A stretch of DNA of 64,000 nucleotides. It comes from Phormidesmis sp. Its GTDB lineage: Bacteria > Cyanobacteriota > Cyanobacteriia > Leptolyngbyales > Leptolyngbyaceae. The translations under genes and the position numbers were made by a program. The notes beneath the pieces are model-generated. The model saw nothing but the letters and a program-made list of their open reading frames with translations. It did no database searches and was not told the origin of the DNA. How positions within the stretch are numbered: the first letter of the stretch is position 1; each line of letters starts with the position of its first letter. Positions 19,485 to 28,926 of this stretch are shown piece after piece. The DNA is taken from contig CBDFJR010000005.1 in NCBI GenBank assembly GCA_965248535.1, positions 608,001 through 672,000 of the forward strand, written 5' to 3'.

Positions 19485-22400
19485 TTATTCTTCGATTACG
19501 GCACTCCGATCGAGCAGCAACAAATTCCGCAATTGGTCGGTGTCGAGTTCAGTGAGCCAGTTTTCACCTGCGCCGATCACTTGCTCGGCTAGGGCTTTTT
19601 TACTTTCAATCATTTCGTGAATGCGCTCTTCTAAGGTGCCCGTGCAGACAAATTTGTGGACTTGCACGTTGCGAGTTTGCCCGATGCGAAACACCCGATC
19701 GGTCGCTTGATTTTCGACTGCCGGGTTCCACCAGCGATCGAAGTGAAACACATGATTGGCGCGGGTCAAATTCAGCCCGACTCCGCCTGCTTTGAGCGAC
19801 AAGATAAAAATGCGCGGCCCTTGCGGATCTTGCTGGAAGCGATCGATCATTTCTTCGCGCTGCTTTTTAGACGTGCCGCCATAGAGAAACAGCGTTTCGC
19901 GTCCTAATCGCTGTTCGAGATGGGCTTTGAGCAGCTTTCCCCACTCGGCAAACTGCGTGAAAATTAGGGCCCGATCGCCCTCCGCGACCGCTTCCTCTAG
20001 CATCTCTTCTAAGCGCTGAAGCTTGCCCGATCGACTTTCAAACGATGAATCAGAGCTTTTTTCAGCTTTGATTAATGTGGGATGATCGCAGAGTTGCTTA
20101 AGTTTGGTCAGCAGCGCCAGAATAATGCCTCGACGCTGAATGCCTTCGGCGGCATCGATGTCAGCCAGCGATTTGTCTACAATTTGTTGATAGAGGGCGG
20201 CTTGCTCGGCAGACAGCCCACAAAAAACCGTCATCTCTTGTTTTTCGGGCAAGTCTTGAATGATGTCACGATCGCTCTTCAGTCGTCGCAAAATAAAAGG
20301 CTGGGCCAGCGATCGTAAGGTTTGCAGCGAGGTCGTGTCACCATAACGCTCGATCGGAATCGCAAACCGCCGCTGAAAGAAATTGCGCGGGCCCAAATAG
20401 CCCGGATTCAGAAAATCTAAAATCGACCAAAGTTCCGATAAGCGATTTTCAACAGGCGTTCCCGTCAACGCGATGCGAAACTGGGCTTCGAGTTGCCGCA
20501 CTGCCTGAGACTGTTTGGCTTCTGGATTTTTAATATTTTGCGCTTCATCTAAAACGACCCCCTGCCAGGAGACAGCCGTTAGCGTTTTGACATCTCGCTG
20601 AACCAAAGCATAGCTCGTCACCACCAAATTGTAATCGTGCACCGCTTTGCCAAAGGCGGGCCCCTGAAGACGCTTATCGCCGTGGTGAACCAACACGTTG
20701 AGCACGGGCGCAAACTTCTTAACTTCGCGCTCCCAGTTGCCCAAAACAGAGGTCGGGCAGACCAAAAGAATCGGGTGTTCTAAGGTTCCCTGCTGGCGCA
20801 AATGCAGCATAAACGCGATGAACTGGATGGTTTTTCCTAGCCCCATATCGTCGGCGAGGCACGCCCCTAGGCTCCAGCGTTCTAGAAATGCTAACCAGGC
20901 AACGCCACGAGATTGATAGGGTCTGAGTTCGCCGTGAAAGTCTGCTGGGGTCTCAATTTCTTCGAGCGATTGGTTTCCGGTGAGGGTCGTCACCAGTTCT
21001 TGCAGGGCACCTGAGGCTTCAAAGCTGACAACTGGGAGCTTTTCGATCGTTTGAGTATCTCCGGTGCTAATCCGCAGAGCATCTTCTAGAGACAGGGTGG
21101 TCTGATCTTTTCGAGCCGCAAAAAACGCTTGGGCAGCTTTGATGTCTTGCGATCGTAGCTCTACCCATTCGCCGTTAATCTCCACCAACGGCGCATTCAT
21201 CGCCACCAAGCGATCAAACTCGGCTTTAGGAATGCTGTGCCCCCCGATCGCCAACTCCCACTGAAAGTTGAGCAGACTTTGCAGCCCTAACTGGCCCTTT
21301 TTTTGCTTTGTCGGGGTCGAAGCGCGAATCTTTAAGCCCAATCGATTGGCCCAGCCGCCTCGGTTGGCCAAACTGGGGGGCAAGATCACGCCCAGACCGC
21401 TATCTTGCAAGCGCCATGAGCCATTCATGATCAGGTCATAGGCTTGCATCGGGGTTAGCTGACACGACTGCGGACGCGCTTCTTGCAGGCTCGGTTCGAT
21501 CAGATTATAGAGGCGAGAAGCCAGCCCCAACCCCATCAGCAGGGTTTCTTGAGGGTGCTCGATCGTGCGTCCTTGATAAACCAAACGATCGACCGGATTT
21601 TTCCAAATCACCGCCGCACTGACGACGAATTCGGTATTGTCGATCGCTTGCAGAAGATACTCCAGTGTCCAATTTTTTTGATGACTCGCTGGGGGCTGAA
21701 GCCTCAGACAGGCCCGAAACTGAGCCGTCTGATAGTTGCGTAGGGGCGCTTTCCAGGTGGTGAGGGCGGTTGATAGCTGCTCAAGTCCTTCTGCACTTAC
21801 TTGAGGAGAGGGCCCAAGGGCTTGCAGCCAGTCTCGCAGCGGAGCCTCGATCGTGACTCCTCGCGCCACCGCCTCACGAGAGGGTTTAGACACGAGGGGA
21901 CGATCGGCCACCACTTCTCTGATTTGAGCCTCGACCACCTGATTGAGAAAGCTAGACAGCAGGGCTTGCGGTTCGGGGGGAAGCTCGATCGCTAAACAAT
22001 TCTCCAAATTGTCTTGCTGATAGGTGCGGCAAACCGACGGCATCAATCGAGCAAAATTGCCCAACCGGGCTTGATCGGTAGAGCTATCGAGCAGGGCTTC
22101 CCACTGGGCAACGGCAGGGTTTTGAAGCTCTAAGCCGGGCAGAAACTTTGATCGGGCCAGCAGATCTAAACTCCAGCGAGCGGTGTGGCACCAAAACCGC
22201 AGATCTCCGCCCATAAACGAGTCTTCTTCATTTAAAGAACCCAAGGGTAGGGAATTGAGAAACTGCAAGGCTTCGAGCGGGTTGAGGCAAAGACCGTTTA
22301 CTCGCCACAAATGGAGGGAAATCGGCTCAGGAGAGGGCGCGATCGCCGACGACAGTTGCGGCACTAAAATTTCTGCTGAGACCTCTTCTGACTCAGCGGC

Positions 22401-22748
22401 AGCCGACGGCAACGCCAAAATCTGCGATCGCCACGGTGCCATTTCGTCGACGATCGGCTTCTCGATCTTTTTGCTGCGTTTAGCTTTGGATTGAGCAGTC
22501 GCTGCCGGAATCTCGACCATCGGCAGATGCAGGCGCTTAGACGCGTGTAGCCTCGTTAAAAACTCCACCAGTTCAGCCCGACTCATGCTGTAGGGGTGAA
22601 CGGGCACCAGAGAGTCCACGTCTTCGCCAGACGGCTCTAATCGTCGCCACGCTTCACCCCAGATCAGCAAACATCCGGTCTGCAATTCTGCTAGGGGAGC
22701 CGCGATCGCGGACGTGTGAAATAACCAGCTACCGTGTAAAACTGCCAT
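19485..22748 (-). CDS. SNF2-family helicase
   Basis: LRPYQ, LADDMGLGKT, LDEAQNIKN, LTGTPVEN, GGVGLNLT, WWNPAVENQATDR. Confidence 0.93.
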   Translation of the reverse strand: MAVLHGSWLFHTSAIAAPLAELQTGCLLIWGEAWRRLEPSGEDVDSLVPVHPYSMSRAELVEFLTRLHASKRLHLPMVEIPAATAQSKAKRSKKIEKPIVDEMAPWRSQILALPSAAAESEEVSAEILVPQLSSAIAPSPEPISLHLWRVNGLCLNPLEALQFLNSLPLGSLNEEDSFMGGDLRFWCHTARWSLDLLARSKFLPGLELQNPAVAQWEALLDSSTDQARLGNFARLMPSVCRTYQQDNLENCLAIELPPEPQALLSSFLNQVVEAQIREVVADRPLVSKPSREAVARGVTIEAPLRDWLQALGPSPQVSAEGLEQLSTALTTWKAPLRNYQTAQFRACLRLQPPASHQKNWTLEYLLQAIDNTEFVVSAAVIWKNPVDRLVYQGRTIEHPQETLLMGLGLASRLYNLIEPSLQEARPQSCQLTPMQAYDLIMNGSWRLQDSGLGVILPPSLANRGGWANRLGLKIRASTPTKQKKGQLGLQSLLNFQWELAIGGHSIPKAEFDRLVAMNAPLVEINGEWVELRSQDIKAAQAFFAARKDQTTLSLEDALRISTGDTQTIEKLPVVSFEASGALQELVTTLTGNQSLEEIETPADFHGELRPYQSRGVAWLAFLERWSLGACLADDMGLGKTIQFIAFMLHLRQQGTLEHPILLVCPTSVLGNWEREVKKFAPVLNVLVHHGDKRLQGPAFGKAVHDYNLVVTSYALVQRDVKTLTAVSWQGVVLDEAQNIKNPEAKQSQAVRQLEAQFRIALTGTPVENRLSELWSILDFLNPGYLGPRNFFQRRFAIPIERYGDTTSLQTLRSLAQPFILRRLKSDRDIIQDLPEKQEMTVFCGLSAEQAALYQQIVDKSLADIDAAEGIQRRGIILALLTKLKQLCDHPTLIKAEKSSDSSFESRSGKLQRLEEMLEEAVAEGDRALIFTQFAEWGKLLKAHLEQRLGRETLFLYGGTSKKQREEMIDRFQQDPQGPRIFILSLKAGGVGLNLTRANHVFHFDRWWNPAVENQATDRVFRIGQTRNVQVHKFVCTGTLEERIHEMIESKKALAEQVIGAGENWLTELDTDQLRNLLLLDRSAVIEE

Positions 22749-23057
22749 TTGAGTTTTGAATCCCTAGGTCTTCTCAAAGTCAGTGCAATCTGCTTAGATT
22801 GAGAACGACGAAACCCCCTGCGTCGGTTAAAACTGCGATCGCAGTTAAGAATGATTCTGCCATCATAAAGCGAAACCCTGACGCGACGGAGTGAGAATCC
22901 GTCAGAGTTAGCGAACCCTAGAGGGTTAACGGCGCTGCCACACGGCTTAGACGCTCACTTTTAGGCATCCGTAATATTAAAAAAAGTCCGCAAAAGGGTA
23001 TCAGTGCTACGATCGCCAATAGAACAAAATAAAGAACAAGAAAGGAAAGGATATTTC

Positions 23058-25208
23058 ATGCAAGAGTTTGAGAAGTCAATATCCTTTGATGGTAGGGATA
23101 TTCGGCTCAAGGTGGGTATGCTTGCCCCCCAAGCGGGAGGAGCAGTTTTAATTCAGTCGGGCGATACGGCAGTGTTAGTGGCGGCGACCCGCGCCAAAGG
23201 TCGAGAAGGCATCGACTTTCTGCCGTTGCTAGTTGACTATGAAGAGCGGATGTATGCAGCAGGGCGCATCCCTGGCGGCTTTTTGAGACGAGAAGGGCGA
23301 CCTCCTGAGCGCGCAACCCTGACGAGTCGGCTAATCGATCGTCCCCTACGTCCTCTGTTTCCCTCCTGGCTGCGCGATGATATTCAGGTGGTTGCGACCA
23401 CAATGTCGATGGATGAGAGCGTTCCTCCAGACGTGTTGGCAGTGACCGGGGCCTCGATCGCCGTCATGCTTGCAAAAATTCCGTTTAACGGGCCGATGGC
23501 AGCCGTGCGGGTTGGCTTGGTGGGCGACGACTTTGTGATCAATCCGACTTATAAAGAGATCGAGTCGGGTGATCTTGATTTAGTCGTAGCCGGAACGCCG
23601 GATGGCGTGATCATGGTCGAAGCCGGAGCCAATCAGCTTCCTGAGCAAGACATGATCGAGGCAATCGACTTTGGCTATGAAGCGGTGCGTGACCTGATTC
23701 AGGCACAGCGCGACTTTATGGCAGAGATGGGCATTGAGCTAGTGACCGAAGAAGCCCCTCCCGTTGACCCGACGTTAGAGAATTTTATCCGCGATCGGGC
23801 CACTGCCCCCGTCAAAGAAGTCTTGGGCAGATTTGAGAAAGATAAGGCCATCCGCGAAGCCGCGTTGGATGCAGTCAAAGCCTCGATTTCAAAAGAGATC
23901 GAAGCGTTGCCTGACGAAGATCCCGTCAAGGTGGCGGCGGCGGGGAATGCAAAGGTTCTCAGCAACACCTTTAAAGAGGTGACCAAAACCCTCATGCGTC
24001 GTCAGGTGATTGATGACGGAATGCGCGTCGATGGTCGCAAATTAGACGAGATTCGTCCGATTTCTTGTCAGGTCAGCGTCTTGCCTCGTCGCGTTCACGG
24101 CAGCGGCTTGTTTAATCGCGGGCTAACTCAAGTGCTATCGGCCGTCACCTTGGGCAGCCCTGGCGATGCTCAAGCGCTAGACGATTTGCACCCCGATGAG
24201 CAAAAACGCTATCTGCACCACTACAACTTTCCGCCTTACTCAGTGGGTGAAACGCGGCCGATGCGATCGCCGGGTCGCCGCGAAGTCGGTCACGGTGCTC
24301 TAGCAGAGCGGGCGTTGGTTCCCGTGTTGCCGTCTAAAGAAGCGTTTCCCTACGTGATTCGCGTTGTGTCTGAGGTGCTGTCTTCTAACGGCTCAACGTC
24401 GATGGGGTCTGTCTCTGGCTCAACGCTGGCGCTAATGGATGCCGGGGTGCCGTTGGTGAAGCCTGTGAGCGGTGCGGCTATGGGTTTAATCAAAGAAGGC
24501 GACGAAATTCGCATTCTGACTGACATTCAGGGTCTTGAAGATTTCTTGGGCGACATGGACTTCAAAGTCGCCGGAACCGATACCGGAATCACGGCTTTGC
24601 AGCTTGACATGAAGATTTCAGGCTTGCCCATGGAGATCATCGCGGAGGCGATCACCAAGGCGCAACCCGCTCGTCTGCACATCTTGAGCAAAATGATGGA
24701 AGCGATCGACACGCCTCGCAGTGAGATGTCGCCGTTTGCGCCGCGACTGCTGACTATCAAGATCGATCCTGAGTTTATTGGCATGGTGATCGGGCCCGGT
24801 GGCAAAAACATCAAGGGCATCACCGAAGAGACGGGAGCCAAGATCGACATTGACGACGATGGCACGATTACGATTTCTGCGGTGGATGGCGAGAAGGCCA
24901 AACACGCCCGCAGCATTATTCAAGGCATGACGCGCAAGCTGAGTGCAGGCGATGTGTTTGTAGGCAAAGTCACCCGGATTATTCCGATCGGGGCTTTCGT
25001 TGAGTTTCTCCCTGGCAAAGAGGGCATGGTGCACATCTCTCAGCTTGCTGATCATCGGGTTGGCAAGGTTGAAGATGAGGTGGCGGTGGGCGATGAAGTG
25101 ATCATCAAGATTCGCGAAATCGATAACCGGGGTCGAGTTAACCTGACTCGCTTGGGCATTCACCCTGATGAAGCGACGGCGGCCCGTGAGACTGCTGCTG
25201 CCAAGTAG
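23058..25208 (+). CDS. pnp: Polyribonucleotide nucleotidyltransferase
   Basis: Two RNase PH domains ([30 protein letters not shown]), KH and S1 domains. Confidence 0.97.
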   Translation: MQEFEKSISFDGRDIRLKVGMLAPQAGGAVLIQSGDTAVLVAATRAKGREGIDFLPLLVDYEERMYAAGRIPGGFLRREGRPPERATLTSRLIDRPLRPLFPSWLRDDIQVVATTMSMDESVPPDVLAVTGASIAVMLAKIPFNGPMAAVRVGLVGDDFVINPTYKEIESGDLDLVVAGTPDGVIMVEAGANQLPEQDMIEAIDFGYEAVRDLIQAQRDFMAEMGIELVTEEAPPVDPTLENFIRDRATAPVKEVLGRFEKDKAIREAALDAVKASISKEIEALPDEDPVKVAAAGNAKVLSNTFKEVTKTLMRRQVIDDGMRVDGRKLDEIRPISCQVSVLPRRVHGSGLFNRGLTQVLSAVTLGSPGDAQALDDLHPDEQKRYLHHYNFPPYSVGETRPMRSPGRREVGHGALAERALVPVLPSKEAFPYVIRVVSEVLSSNGSTSMGSVSGSTLALMDAGVPLVKPVSGAAMGLIKEGDEIRILTDIQGLEDFLGDMDFKVAGTDTGITALQLDMKISGLPMEIIAEAITKAQPARLHILSKMMEAIDTPRSEMSPFAPRLLTIKIDPEFIGMVIGPGGKNIKGITEETGAKIDIDDDGTITISAVDGEKAKHARSIIQGMTRKLSAGDVFVGKVTRIIPIGAFVEFLPGKEGMVHISQLADHRVGKVEDEVAVGDEVIIKIREIDNRGRVNLTRLGIHPDEATAARETAAAK

Positions 25209-25218
25209 ATTTCTCGGT

Positions 25219-25287
25219 TAGAAATCGGAGTTCTGAGAAGGGTTGAGCGATCGCGCTAAATTCTCAGAACTCCGATTTTTGTATTTG
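25219..25287 (+). terminator. Hairpin terminator of pnp; copy A of a ~70-bp duplicated palindromic repeat
   Basis: AAATCGGAGTTCTGAGAA...TTCTCAGAACTCCGATTT followed by TT. Confidence 0.75.
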
Positions 25288-25329
25288 AGGGTTGAGTGTT
25301 TGAAAATATGCTCAATTGAAGGATGAATG

Positions 25330-25371
25330 ATGCGATATGCGATCGTGATTGAAAAAGCGGAAGGAAACTAA
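25330..25371 (+). pseudogene. HicB-type antitoxin N-terminal remnant
   Basis: Translates as MRYAIVIEKAEGN*, matching the typical start of short HicB proteins (MRYAIVIEKA..NYSAYVPDLPGC). Confidence 0.55.
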
Positions 25372-25387
25372 ATCAGGAGAACATTTA

Positions 25388-25609
25388 ATGACCACCGCAG
25401 AGACAATTTATGAATTGGTCAAAACAATGCCAGAAGAGCAGGCATCTCTTGTTTTAAAGCTTGCAGAAACGCTACAGAAAAGACAGACGGAGAAACCTTT
25501 AGAACAGGAAAAATCTCTACTAGATTTCTTTGGCATTCTTAAGGACTCTCCTAACTTTAAGGGTGATCCGGTAGAGATCCAAAGGAGAATGCGAAGTGAA
25601 TGGGATTAG
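25388..25609 (+). CDS. Putative type II antitoxin (DUF2281-like)
   Basis: 73 aa; AGGAG RBS; ends GILKDSPNFKGDPVEIQRRMRSEWD; overlaps the PIN toxin gene. Confidence 0.7.
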   Translation: MTTAETIYELVKTMPEEQASLVLKLAETLQKRQTEKPLEQEKSLLDFFGILKDSPNFKGDPVEIQRRMRSEWD

Positions 25610-26009
25610 ATTTCTCTTGGATACAAATTTTATTATTGGCATCATTAAGGGAAATGAAGCGGTTCTAGCTATTCTGTCCGAAAAGACGATGACTCCAGCC
25701 GAGTGTGCTTACAGTTTTATCACCCGAATTGAGCTACTGGGATATCAGTCAATTACGCAGACAGAAGTTGAATCAGTGGAGAGTATTTTGGCGACAATGC
25801 ACTACATCTCACTGTCTAAAGAAATAGAAAACACTACGATCGGCTTGCGTCGTCAGCACAATTTCAAAACGCCTGACGCTCTGATTGCCGCAACTGCCAA
25901 AGCTTTAAATCTGGAACTCCTCACACTTGATCAAACGCTTGCTAAACGAATGGGGGAGATTCTAGACGATGATCAGTCATCAACAAACAGCGAATCCGAT
26001 CTTGTTTAA
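25596..26009 (+). CDS. vapC: PIN-domain (VapC-family) toxin
   Basis: FLLDTN, ITRIELLG, KTPDALIAATA, LLTLD. Confidence 0.88.
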   Translation: MNGIRFLLDTNFIIGIIKGNEAVLAILSEKTMTPAECAYSFITRIELLGYQSITQTEVESVESILATMHYISLSKEIENTTIGLRRQHNFKTPDALIAATAKALNLELLTLDQTLAKRMGEILDDDQSSTNSESDLV

Positions 26010-26052
26010 CGTCAGTTCGACGGGCTTTTTCGCTGCGTTATTAGCGGCTTCT

Positions 26053-26134
26053 GCCCCCTAAATCCCCCATTCTGGGGGACTTTGAAACTGAATCCTTCGC
26101 TCAAAGTCCCCCACGAGTGGGGGATTTAGGGGGC
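26053..26134. repeat. Nested palindromic REP/MITE-like element
   Basis: GCCCCCTAAATCCCCCA-ttc-TGGGGGACTTTGA ... TCAAAGTCCCCCA-cgag-TGGGGGATTTAGGGGGC. Confidence 0.85.
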
Positions 26135-26193
26135 GTTCCTAGATTCGTGCAGGAGGTCTATTTGAGCATCCCCCGTACATGACGAAATATACC

Positions 26194-26265
26194 TAGAAAT
26201 CGGAGTTCTGAGAAGAGTTGGGTAATCGCGCTAGATTCCCAGCAGAACTCCGATTTCTGTATTTG
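26194..26265. repeat. Copy B of the ~70-bp hairpin repeat (direct repeat of 25219..25287)
   Basis: TAGAAATCGGAGTTCTGAGAAG...ATCGCGCTA...CAGAACTCCGATTTcTGTATTTG is shared with copy A. Confidence 0.8.
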
Positions 26266-26320
26266 TGTTTTGCGCGAAAGAGAAGAAGGGTAAAGAGCAA
26301 GAGGGCAAGAGATCAAAGGG

Positions 26321-28394
26321 CTAAAGAGTTCTGGGGGAAAGGCAGACAACCCGAAAACCGAGGAATGTTGATTGCGATTCTCCGGCGAATTCCTGAGGCG
26401 ATTGGCAGAGCGGCAGAGAAGCGGATTGTAGTTCCACGAACCGCCGCGCAGGAGCCGATATTTGCTATCTCCAGCTTCCCAAACGCTGCCATCGGTAGGC
26501 TTTGCCTCACCAGAGGTGTTCGGAGCACCTTGATAATTATCATGCCAGCGATCGCTACACCATTCCCAAACATTTCCGTGCATATCGTACAGCCCAAACG
26601 CATTCGGTGAAAAGCTGCCCACATCGGTTGTTTGTTCTCGATAGATGTCCTTTGCACCTTTACCATAGGAACCTGAATAATACCTTCGTATATCCAGCCG
26701 TCGATAGTTTGCTAAATCGGTTGAAATCGTTTCGCCAAAGTGAAAAGGGGTCGTAGTGCCAGCGCGACAGGCATATTCCCATTCGGCTTCGCTGGGCAGA
26801 CGGTAAGAGTTTCCAGTTTTTTGAGTGAGCCGATCGCAAAACTCCACCGCTTCAAACCAGGAAATTTGCTCAACAGGTCGATTGGCTCCTTTAAAGTTTG
26901 ACGGATCTGGATTGAGGTCGTGATTAATTTTGGGGAGAGTGGCGATCGCCTGCCACTGCACCTGAGTGATGGCAAATTTGCCCATGTAAAAAGGAGCGAT
27001 CGTCACTGAATGCTGCGGATATTCATCAGAACTTGCGCCTTCTTCATCTTTGGCGGCTCCCATCTGAAACGAACCACCTGGAATAGAAACCATATCCAGA
27101 AAGACATTGTTGCCCAATGCTTCTCGGAAATATTCGGCTTTTGCGCGACGCGATCGCTTCACCAGTTCTAGTATTGCGTCCAAACAGACCAGAGGTTTGA
27201 ACCTCAAGTGTTACCACCTCAAACTCAAAGGTTGGGTTGGGTGGAGGAGAGGGAAGAGCAGAGGGAATTTGGGAGAAAGTTTCTAAGGGCGCGATCGCTT
27301 CATCGATCTGATCTAACACAACGTCGAGGGAGAAATCTGTCAAAATCTCAGCCTCGATCGGCTGCACATCTTCATCTCGCAAGCCTAAAACCAGTTGATA
27401 ATCCTGAAGTTCCGATCTGGTTTCTTTGCTGAGAGAAGATGTAGCTTGTATTTCTTCTAGAAATGCCTCTCGATAGTTGTCAAGCTTTTGCTGGAGTTCG
27501 CGGTAAGGTTTCAGTTCGGCAGCCTCGATCGCTGATGCTGAAGCGATCGATACCCCTGTTTTACGAGCAATTTCTCTCAGCGTTCTGATCACAAACCCGA
27601 AAGCTTGCCATTTTTAAGTCGTTTCTGAACTTCTTTGCGATAGTTGCGTAAGGGATCGCTAATCGGCGCTTTCGCCAACAAAATCTTTTCGCCATCTTGA
27701 ACACATAGCGCTCAGGCTGCATCGCTGGAGCGGCTTTATGAACCTGCTCTCTCACATAATCGTGCAGTTCATTCACCGAAACAGCACCATCACCATCCAA
27801 ATCTGCCGCCCCGGTTTGAATGCCCTCCACCAGATAGCGCGTATAAATCGCCAGTTCCTCTCCCTCTCGCTCAAAGGAATATTCAGTTGCCGCCGAAGAA
27901 GTCAAAACAATTCTGCCACGACCGCCCAACTGTTGCCGAAAGTCGATCGTGCTGCCAGCATCTCTAGCCCTCATGCCCTCTGGAAACGCCCCACTGTGGC
28001 AGCAGTCTAAAATGACCACTTGCCGCTCTGAGTCGCAGTTTTCCATCAGGTCATGCACAAACCCCGCCTCGACCACCGTTGCTTTATTGAGCCTGCCTGC
28101 CTTTTGCGTGTCGCAGTTGGTCAGGAAAAATTTGCCATACTCATCTGTCACCCCATGCCCAGAAAAATAGAGCAAAACCAGATCATCGGAGTCGCGATCG
28201 CTAAATAAAGCTGCGATCGCGCTCCGCATCTCCAGCAGTCCAGGATTCGGTAGCGGCCTGACATCATCAAACGCCCCAAACTCTGGATGCTGCAAGACGC
28301 GCTGCATCGCCTCAATGTCTCTAACCGCCGCAGGCAAAGAATTGAGTCCCGGCTGATAGTCACTCACTCCAATCAACAAAGCAACCTTAGTCAT
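26321..28394 (-). pseudogene. Caspase-like (peptidase C14, EACC1-associated type) + helical linker + FGE-sulfatase/SUMF1 domain fusion, interrupted by at least 4 frameshifts
   Basis: KVALLIGVSDY, YFSGHG and ILDCCHSG dyad; RLPSEAEWEYACRAG, NAFGLYDMHGNVWEWC, RGGSW; true end GFRVVCLSPRTL* at 26321; shifts near 27700, 27595, 27162 and 26363. Confidence 0.8.
26497..26520 (-). mobile_element. 24-nt in-frame double-hairpin insert (SDR-like short dispersed repeat)
   Basis: AACACCTCTGGTGAGGCAAAGCCT (CACC-tct-GGTG and AGGC-aaa-GCCT) interrupts the GAP|TDGS motif. Confidence 0.55.
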
Positions 28395-28405
28395 CGATCT
28401 ACTGC

Positions 28406-28777
28406 TTATTTAATTTGCGCCAGCCGTTGAATCGTCTCCTCTGCCGCCAACAGTTCGGCTCTACTGCTAGCTTCAAACTCAAACTCTCGCCCATCGGGAA
28501 ACTTGGCTTTGCCTTTGATCGGCTTATCTCCAAGACGATCGCCCAAAAACCCAAACAACGTTTTAACACTTTTGGTACTGACCTCAGCTTGAAGCAAACC
28601 CCACAGAAAAGCCCCGATCGCTCGACTCCCTTCTGGCAGATTGGGGTCAGAAACGCGATCGACCTTGACTCCCTGAATTTTTTTCATTTGTTCCCAGAGA
28701 GTCTGAGTCAGTTTTTCTTGTTTTGCGACGCTGGTTGAATCTTGAAAGTCGATCGTCAGTTCAATCTGATCCATCAT
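28406..28777 (-). CDS. Effector-associated constant component EACC1-like protein
   Basis: V..VDRVSDPNLPEGSRAIGAFLWGLLQAEV...LFGFLGDRLGDKPI...EASSRAEL pattern; lies 11 bp upstream of the caspase gene. Confidence 0.72.
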   Translation of the reverse strand: MMDQIELTIDFQDSTSVAKQEKLTQTLWEQMKKIQGVKVDRVSDPNLPEGSRAIGAFLWGLLQAEVSTKSVKTLFGFLGDRLGDKPIKGKAKFPDGREFEFEASSRAELLAAEETIQRLAQIK

Positions 28778-28865
28778 GGCCAAATCTAGGTAGGGGTACT
28801 GAACTGAATTCTAACCTTTGCCAACCAAAAGACTTTGAGCCGCCCAAACCAATTCATCCACCCAC

Positions 28866-28896
28866 AAAAAAGGCTCTCGCTTTGACACGAGAGCCT
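28866..28896 (-). terminator. Intrinsic terminator of psbDC
   Basis: Minus strand AGGCTCTCG-tgtcaaag-CGAGAGCCT-TTTTT, 30 bp after the psbC stop. Confidence 0.85.
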
Positions 28897-28926
28897 CAAA
28901 TTAGAGTTATTCAGCCAATCTCAACG

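Noticed and set aside
22800..23057. Autoregulatory RNA leader of pnp
   Set aside because: Only short hairpins (GACGGA/TCCGTC, AACCCT/AGGGTT); not enough to support a call
26281..26323. Degenerate 7-8 nt tandem repeats after the FGE-sulfatase stop
   Set aside because: Short, low-complexity STRR-like tract common in filamentous cyanobacteria; the ORF-track extension to 26158 through it results from the last frameshift
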